Origin: Schmidtea nova
Taxonomy: Eukaryota
Assembly (NCBI GenBank): GCA_044892505.1
Contig: CM097882.1
Location: 405,790,001-405,854,000, forward strand
Length of the DNA: 64,000 nucleotides
Reading direction: 5' to 3'
A program made the translations under genes and the position numbers. A model generated the notes under the pieces. The model did not search any database, was not told the origin of the DNA, and was given only the letters and a program-made list of their open reading frames with translations. Shown here piece after piece: positions 12,780 through 24,792 of this stretch (positions within the stretch are counted from its first letter, which is position 1; every line of letters starts with the position of its first letter).

Positions 12780-13690
12780 GGTGGGTTGTTGATCGTCAAT
12801 ATGACCTTGGCGTTTCTATGGCTCACATCAATAACTCAACACATAAAACATTGAATTAACTATCTTGTTGCCCGTCACAATGTAGCGTTGGTAATGCAAC
12901 AAATGAATGGGTATTCGCAATCAGTGAGCGTCGAAAAATTCGAAACTATGATTGACCGAATATCTCCTGGGTCCAAGGGCTACCAATAGAAGGTTTAATG
13001 CCCATTTTGTTCCTTCTTCAACAATTTATTCTTCTTCAACAATCATTCAATAATATTTTTATCGGAATTTCAAAATAAATAATCTACATCAATATAAATT
13101 TATTATTGCATCAAAATAACCCATTTTCCATCATCAAAACATCAATAATTCACGCAATGACCCATTTCAGGTACACATAGCACAACAATAAATAGAATAA
13201 AATCAACAAAATCAACAAAATCATTCGCTCAAAGAATATTAAAGTCCTTCGGGTTTTCGAGATGTTTTCGTACCCTACTGTCACCAAATTCTTGAGTTTT
13301 CCGATCAAGATCTAAAGCATAATAAAATCAATTATTTCGATCAATCGCTACACCCTATATTATCCAAAGACAAGCATTTCACGCATTTATTTCATTCACA
13401 AGATCATAACCAAACATATTATCACACTCTCAACTCGGGGATCGAACACTCCTTTAAAATGCATATATTCGGGGATCTTAAATCACTGTTACTTTTTATC
13501 TAAACGACTATTATCATCGCAATCTTTCAACATTATTATGTTTTCGATATTTAAAATCCAAGGACACTTTATTTAAGTTCTAGTCCTATTATTTATCTTG
13601 CTCTGAATTTATAATAGAATTTTTATTAAAAATTTAACATTTTTAGATTTTAAATTCTTGCCGCGGCCTTGAAAACGGTAACGGTTACTG
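12780..13690 (+). mobile_element. Short internally deleted relative of the NeSL-like element (copy 2)
   Basis: About 190 bp clearly similar to 3345-3530 and 21478-21660 (GTTGATCG(T/C)CAATATGAC...GAAACTATGATTGAC). Shares a 3' motif GATTTTAAAT..CCG(C/A)GGCCTT..G(T/C)AACGGTTA with copy 3. Confidence 0.6.
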
Positions 13691-13826
13691 TACATTGGAT
13701 TTTTATAATTAATCTATTTTTATTTTAAGTTAAAATAGTATACAAATTACCCTCAAAATTTTCGTTTAGTTTGTGGGAAATTATTGATCTTAAATAACTC
13801 CCCTCAAAAAAAAATGAAAGAGTTTT

Positions 13827-13829
<3 letters not shown>

Positions 13830-13889
<60 letters not shown>
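13830..13889. repeat. (CT)n microsatellite
   Basis: Direct reading of the sequence. Confidence 0.95.
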
Positions 13890-13891
<2 letters not shown>

Positions 13892-15955
13892 GTGCATTCA
13901 TATTCGGATATTCGGTTATTCGAATATTCGAATATTTTAGTAAATTTCATAGTATCCGTTATTCGAATATATTTAAATCACTATTCGCGAATATACGAAT
14001 ATTTTTATTGGCTTACTTTCCAAATTTTGCTCAATAAAAAGGAACGAAAAAAACGTTCCCCATTTGATTTTATCTAATACAAAGACAATCTAATACAATG
14101 ACATTTCATTTAAATAAAAATCGTTTATTTTGGAATATCAAGTTTACAAATCTATGTATTCAGAAAATTTTTTATAGATCATCAAAATCTTTATTTTTCC
14201 AACTAGAAAGTAGCTCATAAAGGTAATTAGAAAGTATTTAATTAGAAATTATTTAAATATAAATACCGATGTTATTTTTTTATAGCCTATATAATAAAAT
14301 ATAAAATGTTTCGTCAAAAAAAATCTGATGTGTGGAATTATTTCAAAAAGCTGGATAATAATAAGGAAGCAGTATGCTCTAAATGTTCTAAAATTCTAGG
14401 TTGCAAAGGATCAACTACCACTCCGTTAATAAACCATTTAAAAATACATGGCATTGTAATTGTTAGACAGTATGTTGAAGAAGAAGTTGTATCGAAAAAA
14501 CCCAAAATCGAAAATAGCACAATTTTAGATTTTATTAAACCAACAAAACCAAAATCTCTTGGTGCAATATTATCTCGATGTGCTGCTAAAGATGGCATGT
14601 CTGTTCGTGCAATAAGAAAATCAGCAGCAGTTAAAGGTTATCTTGAATATAAAAAATTAAAGATGCTAGCAAGTGAAGCAACAATATGGAAATATATTTA
14701 TGACTTTTATATTCAAATGAAAAAGGAAATGATTGTGCAAATTGAACTGTACAAAAAGGAAAATGGAAAATTTTCAATAACTGTTGATGAATGGACAGAC
14801 AATAGTGCTATTAGATATATAAATGTCAGTTTACGGGCATATCATAGTATCACAAAATTATTTGAGAATTTTGACTTAGGTTTGGTAGAAATTAAAGAAA
14901 AGGCTGATGCTAGAAACACTGAAATATATATAAAACAGAAGCTCAAAGATTTCAACATTGATATGGATGTAGATATTGTTGCATCAACTCGTGATGGTGC
15001 AGCGGTTATGGTGAAATATGAAAATAATATATCTGCTATTTCTCAACTATGTCATAACCACGCGTTACATTTAGCAATAGTTGATTCGTTATATAAGAAT
15101 AAATATTCAGAACAAACTTATAGTGGAGAAAGTTTTTGTTTAGAAAATGATGATAATTTATCTCCCGAATTAATTGACATTGACAGTGATAGTGAATATA
15201 GCTATAGCTCATTTAATGATGAAAATGATGACAACAAAACGGTTGATTATAGTGATTTTCGAATTGAAAATACCAATTTGAATTTACAAATTACAGAAGA
15301 TGATTGTTTAGTGGACTTGAATACAAAACTTTATTTTGTTGTTAACAAAGTTCGAAAAATAGTCAAAATGTTTCGAAAGTCTCCAGCTAAAAATAACAAA
15401 TTGCAAGAATATGTTTTGAAGCAAGAAAATAAAAAACTCCGCCTGCTAATCGATGTAAAAACAAGGTGGAATTCAATGGCTACCATGATAAGACGATTTT
15501 TGCGGCTCAAGGATTGCATTAATCATACACTAGTTGAAATAGGTATGCAAACTATGCCTGAGAGTGATGTATTAGTCTTACAGAACTTGCTTAATGTATT
15601 GACACCACTTGAAGTAGCAGTTAAAGAGCTCAGTAAAGATAATGTAACACTCGTGACAGCTGAAGGTGTTTATAAAATTTTATTCAATTCTCTTACAGGA
15701 ATTGATAATGATTTAAGTAATATATTACTTATAGAAATAATGAAAAGAATGGACCAACGAAGAGATAAAACAAATAACTACATTACTTATATATCTTGAT
15801 ACTGGAACTATACCGCGATCAACAGAATATTTCAATTATGCATCCAAAAGTTCTGCTAAAGATTTAGCAGAAAATATTATGCAAAGAATTTATCCAGCAA
15901 ATCTCAATAATAATAACAACAATAACACCAACACTGACAATGATGATGATGATGT
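13890..15955 (+). mobile_element. hAT DNA transposon with BED-finger transposase (ORF 14306-15799), 3'-truncated
   Basis: BED finger VWNYFKK..AVCSKCSK..STTTPLINHLKIH; catalytic FSITVDEWT; TRDGAAVM..CHNHALHL; DVKTRWNS. Frameshift near 15770, no C-terminal dimerisation domain; TATTCG subterminal repeats at 13900-13990. Confidence 0.9.
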
Positions 15956-16305
15956 ACTGCTTTCTGCCGAAACTGAAGACAAGCCACTGTTTCTCAATAT
16001 GAGATGAAGTGATCATGGATGTGTGGGCTTCACCTGAGGCGGAAATATGGGCTTGCCTGTTACGAACCGAACAGCGATCCAACCAGGCTACTTTCATTAG
16101 TACAGCTTGAGGCCGCACTGATGTCAGAATGTATGGAAGTGGTTTTAATAGAGTGCATAAAAATATAGATGTTTATATGATAAATAACAATAAAATGATA
16201 TTAGTTTATGAGAAAATGCGACAAGATTCAATGAAAAATTTTAATTTTTCAGATTTCCACTAATAACCGATATCAAATAAAAATTTCCACTGATTAATAC
16301 CTTAG

Positions 16306-16791
16306 ATGAATTTATATGTGATAATTGTAGTAATTAAGATGGAGCATATCTGTATTAAAACGAGTACGAACACCAGTGAACAATATCGAGAGATGACCGA
16401 ACTCGGTGGGACTGATAATTACTGTATAATGGCGGTCCTCTTACAAAACATCCCCACGGATCTCGCAAGGGAGATTCTACTGGAGCATCAAATGGCATTT
16501 GAAACAGGCGGCACTGTCCCGCCATTCAGTTTATTGCGAGCCAGTTCTGATACCATCATTTGGCATGTGAGTAGTGGATGGCCCATCGATGTAGACCAGT
16601 CATATCCGGACGATCTCCTGAGCTATTTTGTAGAAACCCCCACCGAGGTTCAATGTCGATACAAGATTTTCTATCAAGGAACCATTCCAGCTGAAGAGTT
16701 TCTGAGCTTAGGCAGAATATTATTTGGCCCTGCCCCACATGGAAATGCCACGGACTCTCTTCATAGTCCCGCTTACGCCCAGGAGCTATGA
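16306..16791 (+). CDS. Orphan ORF, 161 aa (alternative ATGs at MEHIC/MAVLL), unknown function
   Basis: Open frame of protein-like composition, followed by AATAAA near 16872. No motif recognised. Confidence 0.4.
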   Translation: MNLYVIIVVIKMEHICIKTSTNTSEQYREMTELGGTDNYCIMAVLLQNIPTDLAREILLEHQMAFETGGTVPPFSLLRASSDTIIWHVSSGWPIDVDQSYPDDLLSYFVETPTEVQCRYKIFYQGTIPAEEFLSLGRILFGPAPHGNATDSLHSPAYAQEL

Positions 16792-17155
16792 CCGGAGATA
16801 AGTCCTACCCCAGTGTAGTTCCCGAACTAAATCGTGTGCTAGTTTAAAATAATTTGAATGTATGTAGAATTGAATAAAATTTTTGTTGTACTATATCATC
16901 GTACTAGTTATGGGTTATTTTTGATCAATTTATATGTTGCGAAGGTTTACGACAGCAACTCTGGATTGTTTTTAGTGAGTAAATTCGAGAGGGTAATCAT
17001 GGAAAGACTCCAGTCAGGGGAGAATGTATTATATAATAATTCTTTTGAAGTGAGGAACGCTGGCAAGGCAACTACCTACTCCCATCTAAAATTTGCAATA
17101 ACGAGAGTATGTATTGTGCGGTTGCGGATTTATATATAATGTATTAGAAACCACG

Positions 17156-17593
17156 ATGGCCACAGAGAGAGAATTGGTAGGGCGATTGAAGCGGAGAATA
17201 ATCGAATTAGAAGATAGCTACTTCTCACTCCTCGAGATGAAAGAAAAAAGGGAGAAACTGAGGCGAGCCATTCGGACGATAGAGGAACAGCAGATCAAGC
17301 TGAATGCGGCCAAGATAGAAATGAACAACTGTAGGAGGTTTGTATCCAGGTGATTTGTAGCACAACAATTGGAGACCCTCATTCAACCGATAACACTCGA
17401 GAAGTGGTTTCCAACCTCGGAACCGAGGGAAAACATTGCAAAGGAAAGAACCCAACCCCCCCCCCCCAAGGAGAAGAGGAAATCGCCGAGGAAATCGCAC
17501 GCGCAACGTAGACACCAATTAAGACAGAAAATGACTACCGAATTAATTGAAATGTCCACGAATCAAATCCAAAAGTATAGGGATTCATGCTAA
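17156..17593 (+). pseudogene. Orphan coiled-coil plus Pro/basic-tail ORF with one in-frame TGA (17351-17353)
   Basis: MATERELVGRLKRRIIELED..KLRRAIRTIEEQQIKL (heptad-like) continues in the same frame into ..QPPPPKEKRKSPRK; AATAAA near 17636. Confidence 0.45.
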
Positions 17594-18142
17594 CTCTTCG
17601 TGTTTATTGCTAATTTATATATCCCGAATGAATCGAATAAAATTTGTTGCGTTTATTTAATTGTCATTAATATTACTCAAACCTCCGTAGTGTGAAAGTA
17701 GTTGAGATAATTAGTTAAAATATAGGAGCCGTTACGAGGCTAAAAGGGATAGTAGAATAGGCAAGAGGATCACAGTCACCCTAAAGAGAGACTTGTGACA
17801 GGGTGAGAAGTTAGAGTGTTAGACCTTCTATCAGTTAGAACCCGAAAGATGCGACAATTTAGGAGTAGTTCTTGAAGAGGAGCTTATCTGCTGACTTGCG
17901 ATCGGCTGTTATGCACACTACCAACGTGGAGGATTAGGGTAATCTACGGGTGCATGAACAGTAAATGTTTTGTGTGTATTGTAACCCTAGGAAGTAGAGC
18001 AAACAAAGGTATGGGTCGACGTAAGCTGTAGTAGCGAGGAAAAGCGTATCTTAGGAAATATATCTAAATTTTTGAAACATACAATACACCAACTTTTGGA
18101 AGCTAACATATTAATATTAGGTTCATAGTTTGATAATTTTAA

Positions 18143-19237
18143 TTTAATGCACATTTCCGAATTGTCTTCATTTAAGCGATTTCAGTATGGATTTCGCATG
18201 AATATGAAAGGGCATGCCGACACGATTGTTGGCATGCCTTTTCATGTCAGCATCTACTTTCTTAACATAAATTTTAATAATATGTAACTTTCGTGGCGTG
18301 CCATGAAATATTCTCGCGTGCCACTTAGTAACACGCGTACCATAGGTTGCCGACCGCTGACTTAGACCACCTCGAATGTCGATGCAGAACAACAATAACT
18401 ATTTTTAGACGACACTCATTCGAGGCTCACCAATTAGAAAACGTTGCATTAATTATTTAAATCAACTAGTCAGGAGTAATGACATTTGTATCTACTGGAG
18501 ACCAATTGCAACATGGACACGCCCCAGATATCGATTGTAGAAAAATCTGTACGAGTTGATAATACAGTGTAATTTATTTAACCGCTTAATGCACAGTTCC
18601 GTGACATATACGGGCAACGCTTACTCGCAGAATTGGACAACTCCGTGAACGTCACGGTCGTTGCAATTTTATATATATATTAAAATATTATAAAGCTCCG
18701 TATAAGTCACGGTTTATATTGAAATATTACTGTCCAAATATTTCAAGTCCGTATCTGTCACGTTGGATGGTAGATTATTTTCATTCTCGGATTTAGCGTT
18801 TGTTTACGTTACGTCGGTAAGTACTATCGATGTGTTTATTGATATATTACGCTAAGACTAAACCCAGACGTTTATGACTCAAAAAATATCACTCAAGCAC
18901 AAACATCAAAAAGGCAGGACGACAAAGACTTATGGGACCATTACGACTGACGGAAAGACATTTTCCGGATTTTATTCCTCCGACCGAAAAAAGGCTGTAC
19001 CTTACAGAAATTGTGCGGTATGTTGCACAAGAAAAGACAGCGCGGGCAAAAAAAATTAGAAAAGGGACAAGGTATTGGTGCGCTTGTTTTAAAACTTATA
19101 ATACGCAATTAAAATATTAAAAAAATATATTTTTTCTTTTATATGTGAGATAAAATAGGCATAAATAATAATTATTTGTAAAAAAATTAAATGTTTTTTT
19201 TAAACCTAAATTAATAAAATAAATGTGCATTAAGGGG
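18143..19237 (+). mobile_element. Non-autonomous piggyBac element
   Basis: Right end AAATGTGCATTAAGGGG|TTAA, degenerate left end TTAA|TTTAATGCACATTT. C-terminal Cys-rich domain remnant RLTERHFPDFIPPT..CAVC..RKGTRYWC..CFKTYNT at 18930-19120. Confidence 0.75.
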
Positions 19238-19436
19238 TTAAAGTTTTGTCAGTTTATTAATTTTAGTTTGATAAAATACATTTAGCTCAATGCATGGGTA
19301 ATTAATTATCAGAAGTTTAATTTTAACACAACGACAATTCATATCTGTCCTGTTAAATAAGCATTGGTTATACTCCGATAAACTAATTGCAGTCAGACAA
19401 AGTTAAAAGATTTTTAGTGTTAAATTTCTATATACG

Positions 19437-20151
19437 CTCTAGTATAGGTCTCCCAAAATATTTATTAAATATTTAGTAAATATTTAGTATATATAAATAT
19501 TTAGTATAGGTCTNNNNNNNNNNNNNNNNNNNNNNNNNNNNNNNNNNNNNNNNNNNNNNNNNNNNNNNNNNNNNNNNNNNNNNNNNNNNNNNNNNNNNNN
19601 NNNNNNNNNNNNNNNNNNNNNNNNNNNNNNNNNNNNNNNNNNNNNNAATAATATTATTTAAATAATAATAATAATTTAAATAATAATTTAAATAATAATT
19701 TAAAATAATAATTTAAAATTTAATAATAATTTAAAATTAATAATTAATAATTTAATAANNNNNNNNNNNNNNNNNNNNNNNNNNNNNNNNNNNNNNNNNN
19801 NNNNNNNNNNNNNNNNNNNNNNNNNNNNNNNNNNNNNNNNNNNNNNNNNNNNNNNNNNNNNNNNNNNNNNNNNNNNNNNNNNNNNNNNNNNNNNNNNNNN
19901 NNNNNNNNNNNNNNNNNNNNNNNNNNNNNNNNNNNNNNNNNNNNNNNNNNNNNNNNNNNNNNNNNNNNNNNNNNNNNNNNNNNNNNNNNNNNNNNNNNNN
20001 NNNNNNNNNNNNNNNNNNNNNNNNNNNNNNNNNNNNNNNNNNNNNNNNNNNNNNNNNNNNNNNNNNNNNNNNATAAATATTTAGTATATATAAATATTTA
20101 GTAAATATTTAGTAAATATTTAATTGATTTTTTGGGAGACCTATACTAGAG
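19437..20151. mobile_element. Foldback/MITE-like element with inverted termini around AT-rich satellite and N gaps
   Basis: CTCTAGTATAGGTCTCCCAAAA at the left, TTTTGGGAGACCTATACTAGAG at the right; internal TAAATATTTA units. Confidence 0.6.
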
Positions 20152-21081
20152 TGTCGCCGAAATTTTACAAGTCGGACGATCTTAGTAAAAAATATTCGTA
20201 AAATTTTCCCTAGTCGTAAATATTCAAGTTTATTAAATATTCAAACTATTAACACCATAATAATTAAATGGGTAAAGTAAATTTGAATCAAAAAACTAAA
20301 ATGAATTCTATTAATATCTCGTGAAACTAATAAAAATTATTTTACATGTTGAAAAAACTCAACGGTGAATTCTTAAATATCATAATTCGTGTTCGTCTAA
20401 TAACTTTTAATATACAAAAAGTGTTATTTTGTAATTTCCTACACTTTCACCATTTAAGTCATTAATACGAGACTTTCATCATGATCTTTTAAAAAGTTGT
20501 AAGTTGCCTAAGTGATACGAAGAATCCTTTTTACAATTCGCTATTATAATTCCAATATAATTTAATACGCAGTCTTTTGTATTTTCATTAATTATAAAAA
20601 ATAAAGATTACAGTAAAAAATAAAAAAATATAGAATTAATATCTTTCAAAACATTGAATAAATGTAATAATATGAATAATATTATTAGAAATTAATAATC
20701 ACCTAATTTTTATGCATACACTAATATTACAAATAATAAATAATAATAAATTTAACCTGTGTTCAATTAAAATTTCAAATTAATTTTAATTTTGAAATCT
20801 AAAATATGCGCTTAAAATCTCAATTTTAACAAATGGTATTAAGTAAAATTGTAATATGAAACTATTTCTTTATTTGATCTGAAATGTATCAAAAAATTTA
20901 ACAAATAAATAGTAGCAACATTATATATAAAATTAAGTTAATTTCTAATTAACAGTAAATCAGGTTGGGTATATTTTGACAAGGTATGATTGAAAATAAG
21001 CGTAAGTGAATGAAACTTAAGAGGTGGATGCAATGAGGAATATTATTGTCAACGAAGTTTACCTGTTAATTTATTCTTAGT

Positions 21082-21262
21082 CATAATGTACAGTTTTAAT
21101 GTATCTGCAAAGTAAAAGATATGTTCATAAAAATGTTGTTTGTATGCAAAATCTTGGAGGTATAATGTCAGTTTTTTCATAATGTACAGTTTTAATGTAT
21201 CTGCAAAGTAAAAGATATGTTCATAAAAATGTTGTTTGTATGCAAAATCTTGGAGGTATAAA
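21082..21262. repeat. Tandem duplication, 96-bp period
   Basis: CATAATGTACAGTTTTAATGTATCTGC...TTGGAGGTATAA at 21082 and 21178. Confidence 0.9.
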
Positions 21263-21477
21263 ATAATGTTTAAATGTTGATGTAATACAGGAACTATCAC
21301 TATAGCAACCTCGTATATATCGTGTAACCACTAGTAATCTATCATAAATTATATATTATTATAAATCATATATATGCAACTTATGGGTAAATTCTCTTAA
21401 AAGTGTGCGTTGTTTCCAGAATTATAATTGATCGAGTGCTGGGTTATGGTAGCTTGATTTTTATTGACTATATGGTG

Positions 21478-23398
21478 GTGGGTTGTTGATCGTCAATATG
21501 ACATTGACGTTTCTGTGGCTCCCATAAGCAACTCAACACAAAACATTAGCTTAACCATCTTGTTGCCCATCATAATGTAAAGTTGGTAATGCAACAAATG
21601 GTGGATGTCCGCTAACAGTGCGCGTCGAAAAATCGAAACTATGATTGACCGAACATCTCAGTGAGTTCAAGGGGTACCGATAGAAGGATTCATTTTCATT
21701 TGAGTCCCTCATTCATCAATTAATCTATACATATTAAATTCACTTTTTAATTGGCCATTCGAAATAAATAATCACATCAATAAGAATTTATTACTATTAA
21801 ATCAATCATCATTAACAATCAAATAAGAGCATCAATCCAGAATTATATCTAGGTACACATATATTACCCACAGACAAAAAAATTAATTCAAACATTCTCG
21901 GAAAATGTTAAGATTTTGAAGAGTCCTAGTAAGATATTCTTGCTGTCGACGTTGAGTGTCTCAAATTTGAGTTCGATATCGAATAAACGGATTTTTAATG
22001 TCTAAAAATTAAATATTCCACTCAATCTTAGTAATTTAAATACAAAACAGATCAAATATTCCATTCAATTGGTATGTGCTGAATCACACAAATACACAAA
22101 ACATCGTCCATGTATTCGTTTCATTCACAAAATCATACTCATAACATATTATCACAACTCAATTTGGGGTCCATTGCCACTGAAAACACTCGCTATTTAC
22201 CGATTTTCTAATATTACTTTACTGACCTTAAGCGGCCTAATTCTATTATTAATAAATTTTGGATTTAATATATATTTTTATTCAGTAAAAAAAATTTATT
22301 TAAGTACGGGTCTCCCTGAAATTAAACAGTAAACTTATTTTTATCATTAAATTTAAATTACCGTTTTTTGGTTATAAGGTGCAACTCCCTACTAAGGTAC
22401 GACATTATTAAAGTTTTTGAAAGCCCACGATATTTGTACTATCTTTACAAAGGTACCACTTTTTACTAAGGTACTAATTCTACGTTATAATATTTAATAA
22501 AATATTTTTTTAAAAATTAAGATACTAATAATAAATCAATAATTTTATTTAATTATATAATTAATTTAACAAATTCAAATCAAATTGAAAAATGGCAGAC
22601 AAAAAACGAAAAACATATACAATACAATTTAAAGAAGCTGATGTGAATTATGCTTTGAATTCATCCATTTCAAAAGCAGCTGAACATTATGGCTGTCACA
22701 TTCAATAGAAAATCACTTATCATGATCGATTCTGCCTCTGGTCATCGCACTGATGAAGTCAAATCTAAATTTACTGCAGTTGGGACACTGATTGGTATGA
22801 TTCCAGGTGGTTTAACAAAAAAATTATAAGTGAAAAAACTCATCTCCGACGTCATTGGGAGAGTTGGATGGTAAAAGGATATCAAGAATACACAAAGTCT
22901 GGAAATATGAAGCGAGCTTCCTACGAAGAGATTAGTCATTGGATATCTGAGGCATGGAAGGCAGGACCAGTTTCTTCAATAAAAAATGGTTTCAGATCGA
23001 CAACCATTGATTTTTATACAAAAGACTTGGATGATATTAATGAGCCAATGGTTGAGGAATTGTTGGATGATAAAGATGAAGAAGAAAAAGACGATAATGA
23101 TATTTGTGATCAGCTTATTGATATATTTCTTGATGGAGAAAACTTTGCTAGTGAAGAGGAAGTAGAATATTTTGAATAAGAATTTTTAAGACTTTTTATA
23201 TTTCCTAAGTGTAAATTCTTTTACCGTTTTTTTTCTAAGGTTCCACTTGATACTAAAGTACGATTCTTTACTAAGGTACCTTTGGGCTCAAAAAAAGCTT
23301 TTAAAGTTTACTAAGGTCGTACCTTATAACCAAAAAACGGGGTAAATTAAAATTGAGATTTTAAATGTGTACCGAGGCCTTAGCAGTAGCAACGGTTA
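21478..23398 (+). mobile_element. Short relative of the NeSL-like element (copy 3), interrupted by a pogo insertion
   Basis: Same 5' block as 3345 and 12780; Ulp1-like strand KHRPCIRFIHK..TYYHNS at 22100-22160; 3' motif CCGAGGCCTTAGCAGTAGCAACGGTTA at about 23371-23397. Confidence 0.55.
22361..23340 (+). mobile_element. Internally deleted pogo-family (DDE_1) transposon, 980 bp
   Basis: Perfect 20-bp TIR CCGTTTTTTGGTTATAAGGT / ACCTTATAACCAAAAAACGG, TA on the left, subterminal TACTAAGGTAC repeats. N-terminal MADKKRKTYTIQFK..SKAAEHYG joined to IMIDSASGH..MIPGGLT and WISEAW..IKNGF. Confidence 0.9.
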
Positions 23399-23399
23399 T

Positions 23400-24250
23400 C
23401 TTATAGAGATTTTCATAGTTATTTTTAGATGGAAATTCAAAACTTCGAGAATTTGTTTTGACCATTAAGGGTATTAGTAATTCGTTTCTATCGGGATTTT
23501 ATTGTTCTCTTTTCAGTTAGCAGGATCGTCTTTTCCAAATAAGAGATCAAAATTTCCTTGGAGAGTTTTCTGTTTCGATTGACTTAGTTCATGAGTAACT
23601 TGTTTATAAATTTCTAATTTGTCTATTGAAATCAATTTCAAATTTCAGTACTATAAATACTGTTCATTCCCACTTCAGTCACTTCTATAAACATTCTCAT
23701 CAATGTCTCAATGCTTCCGAACTGATTCCAGTTTGCCTTGGATTTTAGTTTGTGCTGATGGGAGATTACCTATCTAAATTGGACTCTTAGAACTTATTTA
23801 TATTTAAAAAATTTGCTAATTTCACTTCTTCGCACCTGAATTTCCTTGAAACAGACAAACTGGATTTTTATGAACCAAACTAAAATGAACTCCAATATGC
23901 AAATCCTCCTGATTGTTTTATAATGACAATGCAATGCAAAATAAGGGAGAGTCTGTGAGTGGCGTTGGTGTCTTTCTTTGTCACTGAGTGTGACATCAGT
24001 TTTCTTGGGCTTTGGTCAAGTAAAGCTGTATCTCAACCATTTTACATAGCAAGTTCTGCTTCCAATCTCAATAGCTAATTCTTATGGGTTGCTTTTATTA
24101 ATTTATAATTTTGGAGTCATGTGGATTTTATCTGTCTTTTTTTTTGTTTTTATGTATTTTTGGTGGAATAAATTTTGACTTTTCTCTTAATGTGATACTG
24201 AGTTTTCAATCGGACTAGATTTGCTGATGAAAGGATATCATAATATTGTC
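23400..24250 (-). mobile_element. Possible highly decayed non-LTR RT fragment
   Basis: Minus-strand KIPDR..LLIPL resembles the pre-RT IPDRWK..LLSPK segment of the element at 5640. Weak. Confidence 0.25.
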
Positions 24251-24662
24251 AATGATGATTAACAATAATCGTGTTAATCATCGTTTTAATATTTTGTTTT
24301 AATATCTAATCATTTTATAATAAATATAATTTGAATCTTAAAAAGTCTTGTGCGCGCATTATAACAGTCAGTGTGGCGATTGAAGTAGGTGATGTTTTAG
24401 AATGAAACAATGTAATTTATTGCAACTATAGATGAATGAATATTTATGAAAATTTCCTGAGTGTTGTATTAGATATAGATGATGTTATTAATTGTAGTGA
24501 TGTATTAATTTGCAAATAATGAGTTTTTGAGTTATTAATTTGATTTTAGGAGGGGTATTTTATAAAATAATAATATTTATGTAAAAAATTAATTTTAGAA
24601 ATAAAATAGTGAGCAATTAAATAATTTATAATTTTCAAGAATAGATTTATTTGAATATTTAA

Positions 24663-24783
24663 AGTTAAATCAAACTCGGTTTTAAAAGACTGAACTTCCT
24701 TCATAGATTTATTTAATTAAAATTTTATAAAAAGTGCCAAAATACTCAATTATTAAAACACCAGTTAATTTAAATATCCAACT
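24663..24783 (-). repeat. 3' LTR (121 bp)
   Basis: Direct repeat of 29167-29288, preceded on the minus strand by the PPT. Confidence 0.95.
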
Positions 24784-24792
24784 CTCCCCTTC

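Larger units (their letters stand above)
16058..18108 (+). mobile_element. LTR-like segment (TGTTA...TAACA) carrying two orphan ORFs
   Basis: 5-bp inverted termini, GC content above flanks, ORFs at 16306-16791 and 17156-17593. No TSD found. Confidence 0.35.
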
